From a virus: a stretch of 5,792 bases of DNA. Below are positions 1-5,513 of this stretch, piece after piece (the stretch's first letter is position 1; each line of letters opens with the position of its first letter). The stretch lies in the IMG/VR virus record IMGVR_UViG_3300045988_001343, positions 1 through 5,792 of that record; one strand, given 5' to 3'. Under the pieces are notes generated by a model. That model had not been told where the DNA came from. It saw only the letters and a program-made list of their open reading frames with translations, and searched no databases. The position numbers and the translations under genes are program-made.

Positions 1-127
1 ATCATTGTGCAACTTTATGTTGAAAACCTGTTGAAAGTGTTGAAAGTGTTGAAAACGCGCACAGCGCTAAAAAAGAATGGATTAAGCCGCGTTCCGCATT
101 CGCTACACACGGCAAGGCGCTAAAGCG
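1..127. repeat. Terminal direct repeat, copy 1. This is assembly redundancy of a circular genome, and the unique unit is 5,665 nt.
   Basis: A base-by-base read shows 1..127 (atcattgtgcaactttatg...ggcgctaaagcg) is identical to 5666..5792. The repeat runs to both window edges. Confidence 0.95.
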
Positions 128-146
128 CCATTCAAAACAAAAACAA

Positions 147-176
147 TTGACAAGCAACGAAAAAAAATAGTAAAAT
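147..176 (+). promoter_or_regulatory. Candidate sigma70-type promoter driving the peptidase and small-ORF block
   Basis: TTGACA at 147..152, an 18-nt A-rich spacer, then TAAAAT at 171..176. It sits about 10 nt upstream of the GAGAGG Shine-Dalgarno sequence (187..192) of the first gene. Confidence 0.5.
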
Positions 177-200
177 CCGAAATAAAGAGAGGTGAACACA

Positions 201-593
201 ATGGCCATCCAATGCTATATCATGGACACAGACGCAAACGAAAAAGTCGGACAGCACTTCAAAGTAAAAGAATTCGCTTGCAAAGACGGTTCACAAGTAG
301 TTTTTATAGATAACTACCTAGTATCTATCCTAGACATTCTCAGAAACCAAGTCGGAAAGCCTGTAATCATCAACAGTGGATACCGGACACCGGCAAGGAA
401 TGAAGCAGTAGGCGGTGCAAAATACTCATACCATATGCGCGGTATGGCAGCAGACATTCGAATAAACGGAATGAACGCAAAAGAAATTGCCGAAAAACTG
501 AATAAAATTATTCCGAACGAATGCGGCATTATCGTATACAAAAATTGGGTGCACATAGACACACGCAGCAGCAAATACAGAAAGGGGGTGTAA
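201..593 (+). CDS. Peptidase M15 family (M15_3 / D-Ala-D-Ala carboxypeptidase-like zinc peptidase); putative peptidoglycan hydrolase or endolysin
   Basis: The translation contains KVKEFACKDGS...VFID, SGYRTPARNEAVGGAKYSYHMRGMAADI (SxHxxGxAxD zinc-ligand signature) and WVHIDTR (third zinc ligand His). This is the typical M15_3/DUF882-type architecture. The ORF track starts at GTG 192, but that codon overlaps the SD. ATG 201 lies 8 nt after GAGAGG and is the more likely start. Confidence 0.8.
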   Translation: MAIQCYIMDTDANEKVGQHFKVKEFACKDGSQVVFIDNYLVSILDILRNQVGKPVIINSGYRTPARNEAVGGAKYSYHMRGMAADIRINGMNAKEIAEKLNKIIPNECGIIVYKNWVHIDTRSSKYRKGV

Positions 594-595
594 AA

Positions 596-700
596 ATGGC
601 ACTTATCAGCATTAAAGACCTCAAAGCCGCAATTGCAGTTATGCGACAGATCTTGGAAAAGCTAGACGAGATCTATCATGTACTACACGACAAGCAGTAA
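596..700 (+). CDS. Hypothetical 34-aa protein (MALISIKDLKAAIAVMRQILEKLDEIYHVLHDKQ), apparently coupled to the peptidase gene
   Basis: The ATG is 2 nt after the peptidase stop, and a GGGGGTG SD-like sequence (583..589) lies 6 nt upstream. The product is a predicted amphipathic helix. It is below the ORF-track length cutoff and I recognise no family. Confidence 0.4.
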   Translation: MALISIKDLKAAIAVMRQILEKLDEIYHVLHDKQ

Positions 701-736
701 ATGAATGACGAATGACCTGTGAAGGAGAATAGCTAA

Positions 737-958
737 ATGAAATCATGGAATGTACGCGACCAGACCAAAGAAGCATTGGAAGAACTGCTCACGCGAAAAT
801 ACAAAGAAATTAATGGAAATTACAAAATGCTTAGAAAAATGTCAAACATCGAGGACGCAAAAAGACTGATAGACGAAATTTGGCAAATAAAAAGCTTTGT
901 AAACGCCATTGAATTAGAGCTAATACGAAGGGAGTATAACAATGGGACGACATCGTAA
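737..958 (+). CDS. Hypothetical 73-aa protein, helical and charged
   Basis: AAGGAG SD at 722..727 lies 9 nt upstream of ATG 737. The ORF is same-strand and compactly arranged, and its 3' end overlaps the next gene by 17 nt. I see no recognisable motif. Confidence 0.55.
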   Translation: MKSWNVRDQTKEALEELLTRKYKEINGNYKMLRKMSNIEDAKRLIDEIWQIKSFVNAIELELIRREYNNGTTS

Positions 959-1064
959 AGCAATGAGCGGCGCAAAAGACCGCCGCATGTTTAACGTAAC
1001 TGCACGAAAAACCAAAAGCATCAACCTCAGCCAAAAGCCTATGCGCGGTGGCATCCGGCTGTAA
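942..1064 (+). CDS. Small basic DNA-binding/packaging protein, resembling phiX174 J and gokushovirus ORF8
   Basis: My own translation gives 40 aa: MGRHRKAMSGAKDRRMFNVTARKTKSINLSQKPMRGGIRL. It is very rich in Arg/Lys and ends in PMRGGIRL. I recognise that ending as the characteristic C-terminus of the small basic proteins of gokushovirus-type Microviridae. An AGGGAG SD lies about 8 nt upstream. The ORF is missing from the track because of its size. Confidence 0.7.
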   Translation: MGRHRKAMSGAKDRRMFNVTARKTKSINLSQKPMRGGIRL

Positions 1065-1079
1065 AAAAGGAGAAAAAAA

Positions 1080-1319
1080 ATGGAACATCTGTATTATGGC
1101 ATTTGGGACAACGTAGCAAAATGCTACGCATGGGTAGGCGAGAGCAAGAACAATGCAACCTTTGCACGTATGTGCAGCGTAATGGCGAAGGATGAAAAAA
1201 CCTTCATTGGACAGGAGCCAGGTGATTACATCGGCTACCAGTTAGCAGCATTCAACGACGAGACCGGCGAATTTTGCAACAACAAGGAAAAAGTGTGGGA
1301 GGGCAAGCCACATGAATAA
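1080..1319 (+). CDS. Hypothetical 79-aa protein, possibly a non-structural microvirus protein
   Basis: AAGGAGA SD at 1067..1073 lies about 6 nt upstream of ATG 1080. The stop overlaps the next gene's start (ATGAATAA). The N-terminal LYYGIWDNVAKCYAWVG...NNATFARMC loosely resembles small conserved proteins I recall from metagenomic Microviridae, but I cannot name a family. Confidence 0.6.
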   Translation: MEHLYYGIWDNVAKCYAWVGESKNNATFARMCSVMAKDEKTFIGQEPGDYIGYQLAAFNDETGEFCNNKEKVWEGKPHE

Positions 1320-1704
1320 ACGATACGAAGAAGGGCGAGAGCCCTTCTTTTCTAAATCAGGAGAGAAATTCCAAAAACAATACGTTTGGACAAAAAACGA
1401 AAAAGGAGAAGAAGTACTGCAAGAAACTGCACCAATCGACATCCAACAGGAAATTGAAAGCTATGCAGATGAATGTGATATCAAAAGCATTGTCCGAAAA
1501 GCAAGTTTTGACCCGCAGTTTCTGAAAAGCCTGTCAGAAGGAGCACTAAACGGAACAGAAGTAGACATCACGGAATTTCCGCAGAACATTCACGAGTATC
1601 ACCGCATGATGGCGACCGCACAGGCAAACGCCATGAAACTTAAAGAACTGCAAAAAATGGCAGCAGCAGAACCTAAAGCAGAACCTAAAGCAGAGGAGGA
1701 ATAA
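1312..1704 (+). CDS. VP3: Putative internal scaffolding protein (VP3-like)
   Basis: A 130-aa acidic protein sits immediately upstream of VP1. The motif ESYADECDIKSIVRK matches the (S/D)xxDECDIxxI motif I associate with gokushovirus VP3 scaffolds. A GGAGG SD (1298..1302) lies 9 nt upstream. Confidence 0.6.
   Translation: MNKRYEEGREPFFSKSGEKFQKQYVWTKNEKGEEVLQETAPIDIQQEIESYADECDIKSIVRKASFDPQFLKSLSEGALNGTEVDITEFPQNIHEYHRMMATAQANAMKLKELQKMAAAEPKAEPKAEEE
1328..1349 (+). other. Stem-loop followed by a T-tract, just inside the 5' end of the VP3 ORF. It could be a weak terminator, an attenuator or an RNA-stability element.
   Basis: aagaagggc (1328..1336), loop gaga, then gcccttctt (1341..1349), followed by ttct. 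The stem is 9 bp. It lies 9 nt after the stop of the 79-aa ORF. Confidence 0.35.
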
Positions 1705-1706
1705 AA

Positions 1707-3389
1707 GTGAATCGAAACAACGAAAGACACTTTAATCAGATTCCAGAAATGAAAGCGAGTCGAACGCGATTTAACCGTGACCAGACGATTTTAACAACGT
1801 TCGATGCCGGCAAGCTGATTCCATTTTATGTTGACGAAGTATTACCAGGCGATACCTTCAACGTAAACACGACAGCAATTATTCGAATGACCACACCAAA
1901 GTATCCGGTGATGGACGATGCATTCATTGACTTCTACTACTTCTATTGTCCTAACAGAATTCTATGGGACAACTTCAAATACTTCATGGGAGAAGTAGAG
2001 GCAACGCCATGGCTGCCAAAAAAAGAATACGCAATGCCAAGAATCGTAATCGACGGAACGGATAGCAAACCAAAGCCAAACGAAAAATCCGTACTAGACT
2101 ATATGGGAGTGCCAACCAAAGTCAAAAAAACGTTTGTGATTAACGCGCTACCCGTAAGGGCGTACGTCAAAATCTGGAATGAATTTTTCAGAGATGAAAA
2201 CGTAGATAACGTAGCAGCGATAAAAACAGACGATAATCCCGTAATATACGAATTTGGAGACGAAAACTGGGTGCAAGCAGCAGAAAACAACGCGTACAAA
2301 GGCGGAAATCTGTTGCCGGTAAACAAATTCCATGATTATTTTACAAGCTGTCTGCCGTATCCTCAGCGCGGGCCGGCAGTAACAATTCCAATGACTGGTA
2401 ATGCACCTATCAGATTGGGAAGCCCCGAAGGACAATACCAAGATTACGAAGGGTCGGTAGAAATGGTGCTAGGTGCAACAAGCACATCCAACGTACCCGG
2501 GTCTCTAACATATGGAAATTTCACAGGAACACCCGGAGAAAAAAAGGCAATGCAATTTACCGGAAAAGAAAAAACAACCGGCGAATTAGGTGCAGGCGGG
2601 TGGATGTATGCAGACCTCGCATCAGTCACCGCAGCAACCGTAAACGACTTGCGAAAAGCAATAGCAGTACAGCAGTACTACGAAGCACTGGCAAGAGGCG
2701 GCAGCAGATACCGTGAACAGGTACAAGCACTATGGAACGTAGTTATCAGTGATAAAACCGTACAGGTGCCAGAATACCTTGGCGGTGGCAGATACCACGT
2801 AAATATCAATCAAATCGTACAGACAAGCGGACAGCAGGCAAACGCAGACACGCCAATTGGCGAGACGGGCGCAATGTCGGTAACGCCAATCAACGAAAGC
2901 TCTTTTACCAAATCTTTTGAAGAACATGGATTTGTAATTGGTGTATGTTGTGTACGACACAACCGCAGTTATCAGCAAGGTTTGGAGCGTTTTTGGAGCA
3001 GAAGAGACAAACTTGACTATTATGTACCGCAGTTTGCAAACCTGGGCGAGCAACCGGTAAAAAAGAAAGAAATCATGTTAACCGGCGATAAAACGGACGA
3101 AGAAACGTTCGGATATCAAGAAGCATGGGCAGAATATCGCATGAAACCTAACCGGGTATCTGGCAAAATGAGAAGCAATGCAACAGGCACGTTAGATTTC
3201 TGGCACTACGCAGATAACTACAATACAGTGCCAACACTTTCGCAAGACTGGATGGAAGAAGGAAAAGCAGAAATTGCACGCACACTCGTTGTGCAAGATG
3301 AGCCGCAATTTTTCGGTGCTATCCGCGTAGCAAACAAAACCACGAGACGGATGCCGCTATACAGCGTACCGGGCTTGTACAAACTGTAA
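1707..3389 (+). CDS. VP1: Major capsid protein VP1 (Microviridae F-protein family)
   Basis: The product is 560 aa. The N-terminus HFNQIPEMKASRTRFNRDQTILTTFDAGKLIPFYVDEVLPGDTF...RMTTPKYPVMDDAFIDFYYFYCPNRILWDNF matches the conserved gokushovirus VP1 N-terminal block. The start is GTG, 6 nt after the AGGAGGA SD (1694..1700). Confidence 0.93.
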   Translation: MNRNNERHFNQIPEMKASRTRFNRDQTILTTFDAGKLIPFYVDEVLPGDTFNVNTTAIIRMTTPKYPVMDDAFIDFYYFYCPNRILWDNFKYFMGEVEATPWLPKKEYAMPRIVIDGTDSKPKPNEKSVLDYMGVPTKVKKTFVINALPVRAYVKIWNEFFRDENVDNVAAIKTDDNPVIYEFGDENWVQAAENNAYKGGNLLPVNKFHDYFTSCLPYPQRGPAVTIPMTGNAPIRLGSPEGQYQDYEGSVEMVLGATSTSNVPGSLTYGNFTGTPGEKKAMQFTGKEKTTGELGAGGWMYADLASVTAATVNDLRKAIAVQQYYEALARGGSRYREQVQALWNVVISDKTVQVPEYLGGGRYHVNINQIVQTSGQQANADTPIGETGAMSVTPINESSFTKSFEEHGFVIGVCCVRHNRSYQQGLERFWSRRDKLDYYVPQFANLGEQPVKKKEIMLTGDKTDEETFGYQEAWAEYRMKPNRVSGKMRSNATGTLDFWHYADNYNTVPTLSQDWMEEGKAEIARTLVVQDEPQFFGAIRVANKTTRRMPLYSVPGLYKL

Positions 3390-3400
3390 GAAAGGAGGAT

Positions 3401-3426
3401 GCCTGGGAAAAACCCAGGCTATTTTT
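3401..3426 (+). terminator. Rho-independent terminator between VP1 and VP2
   Basis: gcctggg (3401..3407), loop aaaaa, cccaggc (3413..3419), then tattttt. It begins 12 nt after the VP1 stop. Confidence 0.7.
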
Positions 3427-3428
3427 AA

Positions 3429-4298
3429 ATGAGCGCATTACCAGGACTTTTAACAGCGCTAAACGTAGCGGGAAACGTGGCGAACACAATCGGAAATTTT
3501 GCAGGAGCAGCTAAAAACATAGCCGGAGCGTTTGGCGGATGGGGACAGACAGGCAATAGCCAAAGCAGCGGCGGCAGCACAAGCCAGGGCGGCGGACACT
3601 CCGAAAGCGGAAGTCAATCAGGCACCAACGTACAGCAAGTAAATGACTGGCTAAAGCAGGCATACGCATACCAAGGGCAAGAAGCAGCCATGCAAGGTAA
3701 ATACAACAGCCAGAGTATGCTTAAACAGATGGGCTATAACACGCTGCAAGCAATCATGCAAGGCGTATACAACCACATCGAAAACAGCGTAGCAATGAAC
3801 TACAACAGTGCAGAAGCACTAGCAAACCGTGAATGGCAAGAGCACATGTCAAGCACAGCGTACCAACGAGCCGTTGAGGACATGAAAAAAGCAGGACTTA
3901 ACCCTATCTTAGCATTCTCAAACGGCGGCGCAAGCACACCGGGTGGAAGCGCAGGAACAATCAGTGGAGCAAGTATGGGACTTGCAAGCAGCAGCGCACT
4001 AGGAGTGAGTCGAAGCGGAGGATTTGTGCCTAACGCATACGAAAGCAGCAGTTGGAGCAAAAGTGACTGGTACAATGCAGCACAAAGCTGGCAGCAGATG
4101 CTAAGTACAACGCAAATGACACCGTACGGACTGCAAAAAGCACTTACGGAAGTCGGAAACGACACGGACGAAGCCATCACAAAAGCAACGGATAAAATGG
4201 GAAAAGGAAAAAGCACAGAACCAAACAGAAGCATAAAACCGCAAGATAAAACAGGAAGCTACGGAGAAAAACGAAAGCCAGGTGATTATTTAAGGTGA
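3429..4298 (+). CDS. VP2: DNA pilot / minor capsid protein VP2
   Basis: The product is 289 aa with a Gly/Ala-rich hydrophobic N-terminus and Gly/Ser/Gln low-complexity stretches. The block EWQEHMSSTAYQRAVEDMKKAGLNPILAF matches the MSxTAxQRxxxDxKxAGLNP signature of gokushovirus VP2. The gene lies directly after VP1. Confidence 0.85.
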   Translation: MSALPGLLTALNVAGNVANTIGNFAGAAKNIAGAFGGWGQTGNSQSSGGSTSQGGGHSESGSQSGTNVQQVNDWLKQAYAYQGQEAAMQGKYNSQSMLKQMGYNTLQAIMQGVYNHIENSVAMNYNSAEALANREWQEHMSSTAYQRAVEDMKKAGLNPILAFSNGGASTPGGSAGTISGASMGLASSSALGVSRSGGFVPNAYESSSWSKSDWYNAAQSWQQMLSTTQMTPYGLQKALTEVGNDTDEAITKATDKMGKGKSTEPNRSIKPQDKTGSYGEKRKPGDYLR

Positions 4299-4996
4299 GT
4301 TGCTGCAAGCCATTAATAAGGCTGTACAACCCGAAAAATAAAGACATAAGCGGGCGGGTGTATTCACTCGCCCGTTTTTCTGAAATATCGGGAAAACAGC
4401 TCAAATATGAAGATTTGATGTACAGAAAAGATGTCATGCTAATACCATGTGGACAATGTATCGGATGCAGAATTCGACAGCGTGAGGACTGGACAACACG
4501 AATAGAATTAGAAGCAAGAAAATATCCAAGAGAAGAAGTTTGGTTTATTACACTCACCTACGATGACGACCATGTACCAGGCATGATAGTAAACACAGGC
4601 GAAATCATGCGAAAAGTACAATACGTCTGGAAGCCGGGAGAGAAGCGCCCTGAAAGCGTCCAAACGTTGCTATATACTGACATTCAAAAGTTCTTAAAAC
4701 GTCTCAGAAAAGCTTATAGAGGCAAATTACGCTATTTTGTAGCGGGAGAATACGGAGAACAAACAGCAAGACCACACTACCACATGATACTATACGGGTG
4801 GCAGCCAACAGACCTAGAGCACCTATACAAGATACAGCACAACGGATACTTTACAAGTAAATGGCTAGCAGACCTATGGGGCATGGGTCAAATCCAGATA
4901 GCACAAGCAGTACCGGAAACGTATAGATATGTTGCGGGATACGTTACAAAAAAAAGTGTACGAGATAGACGGCAAAAAAGCAAACGCATACTATGA
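4295..4996 (+). CDS. VP4: Replication initiation protein VP4 (HUH rolling-circle endonuclease), N-terminal frame. The frame is lost at the A8 run at 4948..4955.
   Basis: The GTG start overlaps the VP2 stop (GTGA), and an AGGTGA SD lies 9 nt upstream. Motifs are PCGQCIGCRIRQREDWTTRIELE, HYH-MILYG (HUH motif, 4775..4783) and YVAGYVTKK (two catalytic Tyr at 4928..4930 and 4940..4942; compare phiX174 A protein YVAKYVNK). After the A8 run this frame gives 14 unrelated residues and then a stop. Confidence 0.85.
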   Translation: MSCCKPLIRLYNPKNKDISGRVYSLARFSEISGKQLKYEDLMYRKDVMLIPCGQCIGCRIRQREDWTTRIELEARKYPREEVWFITLTYDDDHVPGMIVNTGEIMRKVQYVWKPGEKRPESVQTLLYTDIQKFLKRLRKAYRGKLRYFVAGEYGEQTARPHYHMILYGWQPTDLEHLYKIQHNGYFTSKWLADLWGMGQIQIAQAVPETYRYVAGYVTKKSVRDRRQKSKRIL

Positions 4997-5513
4997 ACTA
5001 GGGCAGCAAAAACCTTTTGCGTGTATGAGCCTCAAGCCAGGATTGGGAGACCAATATTATCAAGAACACAAAGCAGAAATCTGGAAACAAGGCTATATCC
5101 AATGCACAAACGGCAAACGCGCACAAATTCCACGCTATTATGAAAAAATGATGGAAGCAGAAAACCCACAAAGGTTGTGGAGAATTAAACAGAACAGACA
5201 AGCAGCAGCCATAGCAGAAAACCGACTAAAGTATGAAGACACAGACTTTGCGGAACAGTGCAAGACAAAAGAAAGGGTCATCAAGAAGCAGATGAAAAAA
5301 ATGAGGGACACTTTAACAGCGTCATGGTGTCACCTAGCCCAGTACCTATCAAGTAAGGTACTGGGCTATTGTCATTTAAAGGCTCCATATATCAGTCTAT
5401 TCAGTCTATCAAATAGCTATACTTTATCGCGCGTGCACACGCGCGCGAAACGCGCACGCGCGCACGCGCGGCTCTTCGGCGCTATTGTTCGCAAGCTCAC
5501 AAGCGCTGTATAA
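4929..5513 (+). CDS. VP4: Replication initiation protein VP4, C-terminal continuation in the +1 frame. The ATG at 4929 is probably not a real start, and the last ~65 codons are of doubtful coding status.
   Basis: From 4956 onward this frame reads VYEIDGKKANAYYELGQQKPFACMSLKPGLGDQYY...RAQIPRYYEKMM. That is the expected continuation of a microvirus Rep after the catalytic Tyr motif (the F-x-MS-x-KPG-x-G block). The tail from about 5320 runs through a hairpin, a tandem repeat and the CG tracts. Confidence 0.75.
   Translation: MLRDTLQKKVYEIDGKKANAYYELGQQKPFACMSLKPGLGDQYYQEHKAEIWKQGYIQCTNGKRAQIPRYYEKMMEAENPQRLWRIKQNRQAAAIAENRLKYEDTDFAEQCKTKERVIKKQMKKMRDTLTASWCHLAQYLSSKVLGYCHLKAPYISLFSLSNSYTLSRVHTRAKRARAHARLFGAIVRKLTSAV
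5335..5368. other. Perfect 13-bp stem with an 8-nt loop. Candidate ssDNA structural element, either a complementary-strand priming site or a 3' end-forming hairpin.
   Basis: tagcccagtacct (5335..5347), loop atcaagta (5348..5355), then aggtactgggcta (5356..5368), which is the exact reverse complement. No clean T-tract follows (ttgtcattt), so it is not a textbook intrinsic terminator. Confidence 0.6.
5392..5409. repeat. 9-bp tandem direct repeat, 2 copies (tcagtctat)
   Basis: tcagtctat at 5392..5400 and again at 5401..5409. Confidence 0.8.
5438..5480. repeat. GC-rich island with two 20-nt perfectly alternating pyrimidine-purine tracts and a CACGCGC/GCGCGTG heptamer cluster
   Basis: 5438..5457 (cgcgcgtgcacacgcgcgcg) and 5461..5480 (cgcgcacgcgcgcacgcgcg) both alternate Y-R at every position and are separated by aaa. 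GCGCGTG at 5439..5445 is the inverted form of CACGCGC at 5448..5454, 5465..5471 and 5473..5479. The island contrasts sharply with the A-rich genome. Confidence 0.85.

Noticed and set aside
1-127. The 127-nt terminal repeats as LTR-like, IS or att sites of a mobile element or prophage.
   Set aside because: The repeats are direct and run exactly to both window edges, and the content between them is a complete microvirus gene set. Circular-contig redundancy is the parsimonious reading.
2-208. A minus-strand 68-aa ORF, about 72 aa when continued around the circle to a stop near 5652. It has a very hydrophobic N-terminus (IVFTSLYFGFYYFFSLLVNCFCF) that could be taken for a holin.
   Set aside because: The hydrophobicity comes from translating the complement of poly-A and octamer repeat DNA, which gives TTT/TTC codons. 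No SD precedes its ATG, which is part of the ATGGCCAT palindrome at the peptidase start. It covers the promoter and repeat region on the non-coding strand. It is worth a glance only if the search for a holin stays empty.
3399-3428. A 9-codon mini-ORF (MPGKNPGYF) whose TAA stop abuts the VP2 ATG, suggesting termination-reinitiation coupling.
   Set aside because: Its ATG directly touches the GGAGG SD with zero spacing, so initiation is unlikely. The sequence is fully explained as the terminator hairpin.
4929-4931. ATG 4929 as a genuine internal start giving a separate C-terminal Rep protein, like phiX174 A*.
   Set aside because: It has no SD and lies inside the catalytic Tyr codon region in a different frame. 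The first 9 codons (MLRDTLQKK) are just the frame-shifted reading of the Tyr motif. The ORF is better explained as the continuation of VP4 after the A8 frame break.
314-5201. Ten minus-strand ORFs of 61-144 aa in the track: 314..574, 831..1088, 1242..1442, 2099..2326, 2148..2441, 2444..2629, 2730..3053, 3800..4234, 4177..4557 and 4998..5201.
   Set aside because: All lie antisense to well-supported + strand genes. None has an SD, and their products are low-complexity or Phe/Leu/Ser/Cys-rich, as expected from the complement of A-rich codons. Microviridae are transcribed from one strand only.
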